A stretch of 62,811 nt of DNA from an uncultured Acidimicrobiales bacterium (lineage in GTDB: Bacteria; Actinomycetota; Acidimicrobiia; Acidimicrobiales; SHLQ01): NCBI GenBank assembly GCA_937969345.1, contig CALBVK010000037.1, forward strand, positions 1 through 62,811. The letters run 5' to 3'. Positions 27,704-37,002 of this stretch are shown here, piece after piece. Position 1 is the first letter of the stretch, and the number at the start of each line of letters is the position of its first letter. The notes beneath the pieces were generated by a model that was not told where the DNA came from, made no database searches, and saw nothing but the letters and a program-made list of their open reading frames with translations. Both the position numbers and the translations under genes were made by a program.

Positions 27704-28189
27704 ATGACGACAACCGGCCTCATCGATATGGCAGCAAGACGTGCCACGGCATCCAAGCGGATCAACGCGTCCCCCGACGTCATCTTCGACCTGTTGGCCG
27801 ACCCCGCAAAGCATGGTCTCTTCGACGGTTCCAACATGGTCCAGGGAAGCGCAACCAGCTCCCAACGTCTGGCAATGGGATCGAAGTTCGCCATGAGCAT
27901 GAAGCTCAAGTTCTTTCCGTACCGGATTGGAAACACGGTCGTCGAGTTCGAGGAGAACCGACTCATTGCGTGGCAGCACTTTGGCAAGCATCGGTGGCGG
28001 TACGAACTCGAACCCATCGACGAGGACACGACGCTCGTCACCGAGACGTTCGATTGGTCAACGGCCCGGTCGCCAAAGGCCATCGAGACCGCCGGGTACC
28101 CAAAGATGAACCTGGCCAGCATTGAGAAGACACTCGAACGTCTCGCCGATTTGGTCGAGGGCGACGCGTTGAACGCTGCGTCGGAATAG
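27704..28189 (+). CDS. SRPBCC-superfamily (polyketide cyclase/dehydrase-like) protein
   Basis: 161 aa. INASPDVIFDLLADPAKHGLFDGS, typical size and N-terminal pattern. GAGG upstream of the ATG. Confidence 0.6.
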   Translation: MTTTGLIDMAARRATASKRINASPDVIFDLLADPAKHGLFDGSNMVQGSATSSQRLAMGSKFAMSMKLKFFPYRIGNTVVEFEENRLIAWQHFGKHRWRYELEPIDEDTTLVTETFDWSTARSPKAIETAGYPKMNLASIEKTLERLADLVEGDALNAASE

Positions 28190-28217
28190 AACGACGAGCG
28201 ACGGAGTTTTTCATCAC

Positions 28218-28505
28218 ATGGCTACTGCAACCTTCAACGGCAAGATCATCGCTCAGAGCAACGACACCACGTTTGTCGAGGGCAACCACTATTTCCCAAT
28301 GGAGTCGCTCGACTCGAGCGTCGTGACCGAGACCGACCTGCACACGGGTTGCCCGTGGAAAGGAACAGCGTCGTACTTCTCGATCGAAGTCGATGGTCAG
28401 GTCGCGGAGAACGCAGCGTGGTACTACCCCGAACCGAAGGTGGGCGCAGAAGAGGTCGCCGGGCGTGTGGCGTTTTATGCGAGCAAGGTAACGGTCGAGG
28501 GCTAA
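28218..28505 (+). CDS. DUF427 domain protein
   Basis: GCPWKGTASYFSIEVDGQVAENAAWYYPEP is the hallmark DUF427 motif. Confidence 0.75.
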   Translation: MATATFNGKIIAQSNDTTFVEGNHYFPMESLDSSVVTETDLHTGCPWKGTASYFSIEVDGQVAENAAWYYPEPKVGAEEVAGRVAFYASKVTVEG

Positions 28506-29017
28506 CTCGTCCTGACCTGACCGTCGGCGCCGTTTCCTGCGGCTGCTTCAACAGCCAGCTGGTCGGCAACCTCGTTCCATTCGTCGCCGCTGTGGCCCTT
28601 GACCCACCGAAAGGTCACGTCTGACACTTTGTAGGCGGCAATCAATGGCTTCCAGAGGTCCTGGTTGGCGACCTCTTTCTTCTGGCTGTTCTTCCAGCCT
28701 CGACGCTCCCAGCCTTTCCACCATTGGTCTTTGAAGCAGTTGACGACATAGGTGCTGTCGCTCACGATTTCGATCGGCCCCTCGAGGTTCGTGACCGCGT
28801 GGAGCACGGCTTGTAGCTCCATGCGCTGATTGGTCGACGGGTTCTCGGCGCCCGAGGACCACAGTTCGCCCGGCATAACCCATCCCCAGCCGCCCGGTCC
28901 GGGATTTCCCTGGCAGGCACCGTCGGTGTACACGAGCCGTCGAGGTTGATCGCTGGGGGTTGGAGTTGGCTGTTCGTCGGGGATGTCGTCGAAGGGATCG
29001 GTATCAAAGAGCGTCAT
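28502..29017 (-). CDS. rnhA: ribonuclease HI
   Basis: VYTDGACQGNPGPGGWGWV, NQRMELQAV, DSTYV, WVKGHSGDEWNEVADQLA. Its stop codon overlaps the DUF427 stop (CTAA). Confidence 0.9.
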   Translation of the reverse strand: MTLFDTDPFDDIPDEQPTPTPSDQPRRLVYTDGACQGNPGPGGWGWVMPGELWSSGAENPSTNQRMELQAVLHAVTNLEGPIEIVSDSTYVVNCFKDQWWKGWERRGWKNSQKKEVANQDLWKPLIAAYKVSDVTFRWVKGHSGDEWNEVADQLAVEAAAGNGADGQVRTS

Positions 29018-29116
29018 TGCGAATCATCTTGCCGCAGTTTCAAAGAACCACCGCGGAACCCACCCAACGGACCACGATCGCACGCCCTGCGAAGACGACG
29101 TTTCGAGCCCCAGGAC

Positions 29117-29234
29117 CATGGCCGCTTATCACGGATCTTGGGCGGAAGTCCCAAGAAACGGCCCCATCGGGGAGCGCAGCTCGCGAAGCGATCATGGCCG
29201 CATATCACGGATCTTGGACGGAAGTCCCAAGAAA
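29117..29234 (+). repeat. two 42-nt direct repeats (2 mismatches, 76-nt period) in the aceE leader/promoter
   Basis: 29117-29158 is CATGGCCGCTTATCACGGATCTTGGGCGGAAGTCCCAAGAAA. 29193-29234 is the same with T>A and G>A changes. Each copy contains the hairpin TCTTGG-N9-CCAAGA. Confidence 0.9.
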
Positions 29235-29294
29235 AATACAGAAACTTCCGCAAAAGTTACCGCTTATCCAACTTGCTTGAGAGAATACAAACAT

Positions 29295-31997
29295 ATGCAC
29301 GAGAACTTCTCCCAGCAGCTTCCCGATATCGATCCTGAGGAAACGAGGGAATGGCTGGAGTCGCTCGATGCGGTTGCCGCCGGCTCAGGTAAACAGCGAG
29401 CCCGCTTCATTATGTCGAAGCTGCTCGCCCGATCCCAGGAAACCCAGATCGGGACACCCCCGAGTGTGTGGACCCCGTACGTCAACACAATCCCAACAGA
29501 GCACCAGCCATTCTTCCCCGGCGATGAGCACATCGAGCGGCGTATTCGGGCGTTTATCCGGTGGAACGCCGCGGCCATGGTGGTCCGTGCCAATAAGAAG
29601 GCCGATGGCATCGGCGGGCACCTCTCGTCGTTTGCTTCGTCTGCGTCGCTGTACGACGTGGGCTTCAACCACTTCTGGCGGGGCAAGGACGACGGCCTAG
29701 CCGGCGACCATATCTACATGCAGGGTCACGCTGCGCCGGGAATCTACGCACGTGCGTTCCTCGAGGGCCGATTGACCGAGGAGAACCTTGACAACTTCCG
29801 TATGGAGATCGGCGGCAAGGGCCTTTCGTCGTACCCACATCCGCGGTTGATGCCGGAGTTCTGGGAGTTCCCCACGGTGTCGATGGGTCTTGGCCCGATC
29901 AACTCGATCTATCACGCACGCTTTGCTCGGTACATGACGCAGCGTCACATCGATGACGCATCACAGGGCAAGATCTGGGCGTTTCTCGGCGATGGCGAAA
30001 CCGATGAACCCGAAACCCTCGGCGCGATCTCGTTGGCTGGCCGCTCCGGCCTTGGAAACCTCATTTGGGTCATCAACTGCAACCTGCAGCGCCTCGATGG
30101 TCCGGTTCGTGGAAACTCGAAGATCATCCAGGAGCTTGAAGGAAACTTCCGCGGCGCCGGATGGAACGTCATCAAGGTCGTCTGGGGTTCCAAGTGGGAC
30201 GAACTACTTGCCCGCGACGTCGATGGCGTCCTTCTCAACAAGATGAGCACGACGGTCGATGGCGAGTTCCAGCGGTACGCGGTCGAAGACGGCGCCTATA
30301 TCCGCGAGCATTTCTTTGGACCTGACCCGCGCCTTCGAAAGCTCGTCGAGCACCTTTCCGACGAGGACCTACGAAACCTGCCTCGTGGTGGACACGATTA
30401 CTTGAAGCTGCACGCCGCGTATCAGGCCGCGGTCGACGAGACCGACCGTCCCACGGTAATTCTGGCGAAGACGATCAAGGGCTGGACCCTGGGCCAAGGC
30501 TTCGAAGCACGCAACAGCACCCATCAGCTCAAGAAGATGAATAAAGAGCAGATGCTTGAGATGCGCGGCCGTTTGCACCTCGAGGAGGAGATCCCCGAGT
30601 CCGAGCTCGACGACGAGTTGCCGCCGTACTACAAGCCCGCTCCTGATTCTGAGGAAATGCAGTACCTCTTGCAGCGCCGATCTCAGCTCGGCGGTCACCT
30701 GCCCGAGCGAGTTGTACGGACCCGTCGTCCGCTCTCGCTCCCCGACGAGTCGGTGTTCGATGATCTCGCAAAAGGGTCGGGCGGTCGTGAGGTGTCGACC
30801 ACCATGGCGTTTACCGCCACCCTTCGTTCGCTCATGCGAGACGAGGCCTTTGGCCAGCGCGTCGTCCCGATCATTCCCGACGAAGCCCGTACCTTCGGCA
30901 TGGACTCGATGTTCCGGGAGTTCGAGATCTACGCCCCGCACGGACAGAAGTATGAGCCGGTCGACCATGAGCTGCTGCTCTCCTACTCCGAGGACACCGA
31001 CGGTCAGATTCTCGAAGAGGGCATCACCGAAGCCGGTGCTATGGCGAGTTGGATCGCCGCAGCCACCAGCTACGCGAATTACGGCGTCCCAATGGTGCCG
31101 TTCTTCACGTTCTATTCGATGTTTGGTTTCCAGCGTGTGGGCGATTTGATCTGGTCGGCCGCTGACTCCAGGGCTCGTGGGTTCCTGATGGGAGCGACCG
31201 CAGGCCGTACGACGCTCATGGGCGAAGGTCTCCAGCATCAGGACGGACACAGCTTGGTTCTGGCCTCGACCGTTCCGGCCTGCGAGGCCTATGACCCCGC
31301 ATACGCATACGAGTTGGGCACGATTATCAAAGAGGGGTTGCGCCGCATGTACGGCGATGGTGCTGAGGGCGGCGAAGACGTCTTCTACTACCTGACGATC
31401 TACAACGAGAACTACGAGATGCCGGTCCGCCCGGATCATGTTTCCGACGAGGACATCTTGTCCGGCCTGTACTACTGGGGCGATGCTCCGGAAAAGACGC
31501 ATAAGGCTGCGATCCTGTTTTCTGGGTCGACCCAAGGCGCAGCACGCGAAGCTCAGGCAGAACTCGCCGAGCATTATGACGTCGGTGCCGAGCTCTGGTC
31601 GGCAACGTCGTACAAGAAGCTGCGCGAGAACGCGCTCGGCATCGAGCGAGCCAATCGACTTCGAGTCGAGGGCACAGCGCTCGCACCTGATGTCACCATC
31701 AAGCTCGCCAACGTTGGCGGTCCTATCATTGCCGTCACGGACTTCATGAAGTCCGTGCCCGATCAGATTTCGCGTTGGGTTCCCGGCAAGTTCGTCCCTC
31801 TCGGCACCGACGGCTTTGGCCGCTCCGACACTCGCGAGGCGCTCCGTGCGTTCTTCGAGATCGATACGGCCAATATCGTCGTCGCAACGTTGTCCGCGCT
31901 CGCCGATGAAGGACGTATTGACCGCAGCGTGGTCGTGGATGCAATCCATCGATACGGACTCGACCCCAATGCCGCAGACCCAGCGCTTTTGCACTGA
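29295..31997 (+). CDS. aceE: pyruvate dehydrogenase E1 component, homodimeric type
   Basis: Start at ATG 29295 (MHENFSQQLPDIDPEETREWLESL), the conserved AceE N-terminus. 900 aa. GDGETDEPE thiamine-diphosphate motif region. Confidence 0.92.
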   Translation: MHENFSQQLPDIDPEETREWLESLDAVAAGSGKQRARFIMSKLLARSQETQIGTPPSVWTPYVNTIPTEHQPFFPGDEHIERRIRAFIRWNAAAMVVRANKKADGIGGHLSSFASSASLYDVGFNHFWRGKDDGLAGDHIYMQGHAAPGIYARAFLEGRLTEENLDNFRMEIGGKGLSSYPHPRLMPEFWEFPTVSMGLGPINSIYHARFARYMTQRHIDDASQGKIWAFLGDGETDEPETLGAISLAGRSGLGNLIWVINCNLQRLDGPVRGNSKIIQELEGNFRGAGWNVIKVVWGSKWDELLARDVDGVLLNKMSTTVDGEFQRYAVEDGAYIREHFFGPDPRLRKLVEHLSDEDLRNLPRGGHDYLKLHAAYQAAVDETDRPTVILAKTIKGWTLGQGFEARNSTHQLKKMNKEQMLEMRGRLHLEEEIPESELDDELPPYYKPAPDSEEMQYLLQRRSQLGGHLPERVVRTRRPLSLPDESVFDDLAKGSGGREVSTTMAFTATLRSLMRDEAFGQRVVPIIPDEARTFGMDSMFREFEIYAPHGQKYEPVDHELLLSYSEDTDGQILEEGITEAGAMASWIAAATSYANYGVPMVPFFTFYSMFGFQRVGDLIWSAADSRARGFLMGATAGRTTLMGEGLQHQDGHSLVLASTVPACEAYDPAYAYELGTIIKEGLRRMYGDGAEGGEDVFYYLTIYNENYEMPVRPDHVSDEDILSGLYYWGDAPEKTHKAAILFSGSTQGAAREAQAELAEHYDVGAELWSATSYKKLRENALGIERANRLRVEGTALAPDVTIKLANVGGPIIAVTDFMKSVPDQISRWVPGKFVPLGTDGFGRSDTREALRAFFEIDTANIVVATLSALADEGRIDRSVVVDAIHRYGLDPNAADPALLH

Positions 31998-32062
31998 TTT
32001 GTACGCTGAGGCGTTCCTAATCTGACCGATCGGCACGCAGCCGCTATCGTCGGTCGATTCAT

Positions 32063-33148
32063 ATGACCCATCGATTGGATGACCCGGCGGACATACGCTC
32101 GACAACTGTGACCACACTCGCGCCTGCAGAGGGCAACAGCGCTGAGCGCAGCTTCGATCGAGGAACACTTGCTTGGGCCGCGCCGATTTTGCCTTGGCTG
32201 TGGTTCGTTGTTCGCAGCGTGCATTCGTTGATGGACTGGATCGCGATTGGGCTTCCGGTCCTGACGATCGCAGCGAGCGTCATTGCGCTCTACGCGACCG
32301 TCACCCGAGCCTCGTTGCGCTGGTTGTTGGTCTTTGTCTCGCTGGTGCTTTTCTTCGTCGTCGCCGTTGTTGGACCCTGGCGTCCAACCAATGGCAGCGC
32401 TCCGACCGAGTCGATTCGTATCGCCACGGTCAACACTGGCCTGTACTGGTTTAGCGACAACGATGTTGGTTTCTTGGTGAATCAAGAAGAGCCCGACCTC
32501 GTTATCGGCGTGGAACTCACCGAAGCCCACGACACCGAGCTTCGGTCGAGGTTCGTCCACGCCGAAGCTGAGATTTTGCCACTCGAACGCCAGCAACAGA
32601 ACGAGATCGCCCTTCAGCCCAATGGCGACAGCTATCGACGCAATGGTCTGCCGAGCATCGGCGTGTACTCCAACATTGATATGGAACTTCTCGCCGACCC
32701 GCTCGCTGGTGTCATCGACGGAGGCCTACCCGGCTTTCGGTTACAGGTCGAGACCGATTCGGGTCCGATGATCGTGTACGCGTTGCACATTCCTCGGCCG
32801 ATCGGAGGCGACGGACCATACGAGGTCTCGGTTTCTGAGCACGTGGCGATGGTCGAGGCAATCGCTGACGCCGTCGACGCAGAGACACTTCCGACGCTGG
32901 TCGCAGGCGACCTCAATGCCGTCGACCGCGGCCAGAGTTACCGACGCCTCACCGAGAATTTGGTCGATGGCATGCGTCACGATGGCTGGGCGGTTCCCAC
33001 CGCCGATCGACCACTACCCTTTTCTTTGCTTTTCGCGCGCATCGATCACCTTTTGATGTCACCGAGTCTTTGCACGGATAACACCGCTTCAATCAATACG
33101 CGCTACGCAGACCACCGGCCACTCGTGGCCGATGTCGGACCCTGCTAG
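32063..33148 (+). CDS. membrane-anchored endonuclease/exonuclease/phosphatase (EEP) family protein
   Basis: N-terminal TM segments, then VAGDLNAVD, ARIDHLLMS and ADHRPLVADV (the EEP catalytic His/Asp region). Confidence 0.7.
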   Translation: MTHRLDDPADIRSTTVTTLAPAEGNSAERSFDRGTLAWAAPILPWLWFVVRSVHSLMDWIAIGLPVLTIAASVIALYATVTRASLRWLLVFVSLVLFFVVAVVGPWRPTNGSAPTESIRIATVNTGLYWFSDNDVGFLVNQEEPDLVIGVELTEAHDTELRSRFVHAEAEILPLERQQQNEIALQPNGDSYRRNGLPSIGVYSNIDMELLADPLAGVIDGGLPGFRLQVETDSGPMIVYALHIPRPIGGDGPYEVSVSEHVAMVEAIADAVDAETLPTLVAGDLNAVDRGQSYRRLTENLVDGMRHDGWAVPTADRPLPFSLLFARIDHLLMSPSLCTDNTASINTRYADHRPLVADVGPC

Positions 33149-33205
33149 TGCGTCGAGAGCGAGCACAACTACCATGGTTATGAACCACGAGGAGCACACC
33201 AGCTC

Positions 33206-34855
33206 ATGATGTATGAACCCGGATCTCAGGCGAAGGAAACGCCAGGACTTGAGGATTACCTGTCCGCAATCCGCCAGCGCAAGTGGCTGATCCTTGCGTG
33301 CGCGGTGCTCGGACTCGCCGCGGGTATCGCCTATGGCGCGATTCGCGAAAAGACATGGGAGGCCTCAGCGAAAGTCCTCGTCAACCCGACGAACGTCGGC
33401 AGCACTGATGGCCGTCTCGAGCGACCAGTCCTCGAACGCGAGCGCGAGGTCGTCGACTCAAACGCGGTAGCCCGCCTGGTCGCTGAAGACCTGGGAATTA
33501 CAACCTCTCCGCTGTTGCTCTTGCGCGACCTCGAGGTCGTGTTCGTCGATGACAGTGACACGCTCGAGTTGCTCTATGTCCATCCTGAGGCTGATCAGTC
33601 TCAGGACATCGTGAACTCCTTCGCCTCCCAGTACGTCTCGAAGCGCAATCAAGAGGCGACCGATCTCGACGATGCGACGATCCTCGAGTATCAGACCGCC
33701 GTCGACGAGTTGACCGCCCAGATCGACGAACTCGAAGCCGAAATGACCGAGCTCGAGCGTTTGCGTCGGGCTGCGGCAGGAACCCCTGACGCGACCGAGT
33801 TCAACGCACAGCTTGGCGAAGTTCGGACCGCTCGCAACGCACTGCTCAACGACCTTCGTGCTCCGAGCAGCGATCTGAGCGATGCCACCATCGCAAAGAA
33901 CACCCGAACGCTTCCCGCTGAAGTCCTCCAGCTGGCTGATCTTCCGACAACCCCGACCGGATTCTCCGACAACATCTTGCGGGCGCTCGGCCTGTTCCTC
34001 GGAACCGGACTCGGCGCAGCCCTAGCGTTCGTCCTGCACCGTCTGGATCGCACCGCTCGAGAAACCGGCGACGTCGAACTTGCTCTCGGCACCAGCGTGT
34101 TGGCGTCGATCCCCTCGTTCGGCATGGCCTATCGCAGTGGTTCTGCAGCGATCGTCATGCTGTCGGGTGGCCGGTCGGCTCGCGTCCAACGGGCACGGGA
34201 AGCATTCCGCCGTCTGCGTTCGTCGGTGCAGTTCCTCGGGACGACCCGCGACGCCGAGTCGTTCCTTATCACCAGCGCACGTCCTGCCGAAGGCAAGTCG
34301 ACAACCGCAGCCAACCTTGCAATCGCCTTGGCCCAAGGTGAAACCAAGGTGTGCTTGGTCAACGCCGACTTGCGCCGGCCAACGATCGAGAAGGTCCTCG
34401 GCATCCCGTCGAGCCAGCAAGGCCTCGGCGATTGGCTCGGAGACCAAAGCGTCACGAACATCATGGTTTCGGTTCCCGGTACGCCCGGCCTCGTGGTTGT
34501 CCCCGCAGGTCCGCCACCATCGAACCCAGGCGAACTGCTCGCTACGAACCGCTTCGCTAGCTTGATGGACGAACTCTCCGAGCAGTTCGACATCGTATTG
34601 GTCGACGCTCCCCCTGTTCTCTCCGCCGCTGACGCGTCGAGTATTGCGAGCGCCGTCGATGGCACGATCATCGTCGTCGACAGCAACCGGACCGACACCG
34701 ACACGCTCCTGCGTGTCCGTTCCGAGATCGACCGTGCTGGCGGAACCGTCGTCGGTGCAATCCTCAATCGCGACAACTCCGATGGCGGCGGCGGCGTGCT
34801 CCGCAAGGACCGTTACGCCTACGAGAAGGTGACGGCCTCTCGGGCCAGCCAGTAG
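33206..34855 (+). CDS. Wzz-domain / BY-family protein tyrosine kinase, copy 2
   Basis: Walker A ITSARPAEGKSTT, A' NADLRRP, B VLVDAPP. Weak C-terminal Tyr content (DRYAYEKV). Confidence 0.85.
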   Translation: MMYEPGSQAKETPGLEDYLSAIRQRKWLILACAVLGLAAGIAYGAIREKTWEASAKVLVNPTNVGSTDGRLERPVLEREREVVDSNAVARLVAEDLGITTSPLLLLRDLEVVFVDDSDTLELLYVHPEADQSQDIVNSFASQYVSKRNQEATDLDDATILEYQTAVDELTAQIDELEAEMTELERLRRAAAGTPDATEFNAQLGEVRTARNALLNDLRAPSSDLSDATIAKNTRTLPAEVLQLADLPTTPTGFSDNILRALGLFLGTGLGAALAFVLHRLDRTARETGDVELALGTSVLASIPSFGMAYRSGSAAIVMLSGGRSARVQRAREAFRRLRSSVQFLGTTRDAESFLITSARPAEGKSTTAANLAIALAQGETKVCLVNADLRRPTIEKVLGIPSSQQGLGDWLGDQSVTNIMVSVPGTPGLVVVPAGPPPSNPGELLATNRFASLMDELSEQFDIVLVDAPPVLSAADASSIASAVDGTIIVVDSNRTDTDTLLRVRSEIDRAGGTVVGAILNRDNSDGGGGVLRKDRYAYEKVTASRASQ

Positions 34856-34861
34856 GCCGCA

Positions 34862-36193
34862 ATGGCAGCTCCTGCAATTACCGTCGACACCATTACGAGC
34901 GCATCGGCCATCGAGCCGTTCGTGCGAGGCCCCGGCTTCGTCGAGCGGATCGTCGCGTCGGCGATGATCTTCGTATTCGCCTTCTCACTTCCGACCGAGT
35001 GGTTTGTCCGAGTCGGTAATTCGTCTGCGGGAGCGGTTCAGGGCGGAAGTCCCCTCGCCACCCTGGCCTTCCTGGCGTTCTTCGGGATCGTGATCATCAG
35101 CATGAACGGCAACTGGCACATCCTGCTCGCCGCCAGTGCCAGAGAACCGCTGTTGCCGGCGCTCATCGCCCTCGCTCTGGCGTCGACGATGTGGTCGGTC
35201 AATATCGTCGAGACCTTCACCGCAGGCGTCGTACTCGTGATCACGCTGGCGGTGGGCATGTACTTCGCAATCCGCTACCGACTGGAGGAGACCCTGTGGC
35301 TCGCAGCGATAGCGCTCGCAGCTGGCGTCGTCGTCAACTACATCTTCATCTTCGTGTTCCAACAGTTCGGCCTCGACACAATCAATGTCGGCACCGACGG
35401 CGGCAGCCGGTGGAGCGGTGTCTTTGTCACCAAGAACGAGCTCGGTCGAATCGCCGTGCTGAGTGCGATGATCTTCGCATTCGTTGCACGAATCCGCCGT
35501 AGCTATTTCGTCTGGCCGCTATGGACCGCCCTTGCGCTCGTCCAGGTGGTCGCGAGTGATTCGGCGACTTCTCTTGGCGCCATGTTTGGGCTTGCGGCTC
35601 TTGCCGTCGTGTTCTTTGGGTTCCGTGGTCGCAAGACGCTGTACGGGGCGACCGCTCTGGCAATGGCGACGGTGTTTTCGACGCTGGTGCTCCTGGCCGC
35701 CACGAACCTTGCTGCTGCAACAGGCCTGCTTGGCAAGAGCAGCAACTTCACCGGCCGGCTTCCGTTGTGGATCGATTCATTCCGTTACGGGATCAGCGAA
35801 CGTCCATGGTTCGGCTTCGGGTGGCTCGCCTACTGGCCAGAGGACCAGTCCTTCGATGTACGAATTCGTGCGAACTTCGAAGTCCCTCACGCCCACAATG
35901 CGTTTATCGACGCCTGGCTCTATGTCGGTCCCATCGGCGCCCTGCTCCTCATGGGGATCTACGCCCGCGGGCTCGTCTGGGGGGCCCGCAACATCCGAGC
36001 CGTACCATCGATCCTTGGTCTGGTCCCGATCATGATCATTTCCTATGGCCTCATCTTCTCCCTCACCGAGGCTGGAGTTGTTCGCCGCGACATTTCGTTC
36101 GTGCTGTTCGTGGTAGCAATCGTCACCGCGGCGCGAAACAAGGGGGCAAAAACCCCATACATCCCGCCACGGAGCCCCTCTCCAGCTAAATAG
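34862..36193 (+). CDS. O-antigen ligase/polymerase family (Wzy_C-like) membrane protein
   Basis: At least 10 TM segments and a periplasmic-loop motif, RPWFGFGWLAYW ... HAHNAFIDAWLYVGPIGALLL. Confidence 0.75.
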   Translation: MAAPAITVDTITSASAIEPFVRGPGFVERIVASAMIFVFAFSLPTEWFVRVGNSSAGAVQGGSPLATLAFLAFFGIVIISMNGNWHILLAASAREPLLPALIALALASTMWSVNIVETFTAGVVLVITLAVGMYFAIRYRLEETLWLAAIALAAGVVVNYIFIFVFQQFGLDTINVGTDGGSRWSGVFVTKNELGRIAVLSAMIFAFVARIRRSYFVWPLWTALALVQVVASDSATSLGAMFGLAALAVVFFGFRGRKTLYGATALAMATVFSTLVLLAATNLAAATGLLGKSSNFTGRLPLWIDSFRYGISERPWFGFGWLAYWPEDQSFDVRIRANFEVPHAHNAFIDAWLYVGPIGALLLMGIYARGLVWGARNIRAVPSILGLVPIMIISYGLIFSLTEAGVVRRDISFVLFVVAIVTAARNKGAKTPYIPPRSPSPAK

Positions 36194-36202
36194 TTCGGTA
36201 AG

Positions 36203-36217
36203 TACGGCCTTTTGGCC
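36203..36217 (+). promoter_or_regulatory. recurrent upstream motif TACGGCCTTTTGGCC (site 4 of 6)
   Basis: Lies 74 nt upstream of TTG 36277 and 10 nt after the ligase-like gene stop. GGCC-TTTT-GGCC is also self-complementary. Confidence 0.25.
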
Positions 36218-36276
36218 CTCAAGAGATCAGCGAATCCGTCGATCATTTCGTCATCAAACCGAAACATTTCATTCTC

Positions 36277-37002
36277 TTGGCCATCGTGGTCTTTTCGTGC
36301 CTCGGCGTGGCCGTCGCGCAACTAACCCGCGCGTCCTCATCAGACTCCACGAGAAACGTCTCCGGCGGCTATGACCTCACGACCGAGGGCGGTACCGGCC
36401 GTTTGGTTGGTGAGCCCGCGCCAGGACGTGCCGTGGGCTCTCCCGACATTCCGCGGACGCTCGCGTTTGCCTCGGCCAATGTCTCCGAGCTCACCGAGTC
36501 AATCAGCCGATCGAGAGCATTCGACTCCGCCGAACTGGTCACAATCGCCTCGTTGCGCCAAGCGGTCGAAACAAGCCGCGAGGTTTGCGCTGGCGTGCCA
36601 CGGCCCACGACGGCCGAGGACATCCTCGATACACAAGCATTCCGCATCAGCCAGGACGGGGCTGTCGCCGACGTGCGAATTACTGAATTCGAAGATGACG
36701 AGGTCGTCGACCGCGTCCTGCAGGCGAGCCGATCGGCGTGGGAGTCATGCGACGGCATGCCGGACGGATTAGGCAGTACGGTCAATCGAAGTGTGTTGTC
36801 CTTTTCCAGCCTCTCAGGAACACCCGGCGTGAATCTGCGATCAGACCTGATCGATGCGTCTGGCGCGGTCGCGTCATCGAGCCAGACGCTCGCTGTACCG
36901 GCCGGCGACGTTCTCATCGAGGTCCGGCTGATCGTCGACGGAACCTTGCGTGGTCAAATCGACCCCGTGGTGCTGCTGGCCGAGGTGGAGGCACTTCTAT
37001 GA
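36277..37002 (+). CDS. hypothetical secreted or membrane-anchored protein
   Basis: TTG start with hydrophobic N-terminus AIVVFSCLGVAVAQL. No motif recognised. Its stop forms an ATGA overlap with the next gene. Confidence 0.5.
   Translation: MAIVVFSCLGVAVAQLTRASSSDSTRNVSGGYDLTTEGGTGRLVGEPAPGRAVGSPDIPRTLAFASANVSELTESISRSRAFDSAELVTIASLRQAVETSREVCAGVPRPTTAEDILDTQAFRISQDGAVADVRITEFEDDEVVDRVLQASRSAWESCDGMPDGLGSTVNRSVLSFSSLSGTPGVNLRSDLIDASGAVASSSQTLAVPAGDVLIEVRLIVDGTLRGQIDPVVLLAEVEALL

Noticed and set aside
28983-29294. A 104-codon N-terminal extension of the aceE ORF in the track (MSSKGSVSK…).
   Set aside because: The conserved AceE N-terminus starts at ATG 29295 (MHENFSQQLPDIDPEETREWLESL). The extension crosses two 42-nt repeats whose 76-nt period puts them in different frames, and its sequence is low-complexity.
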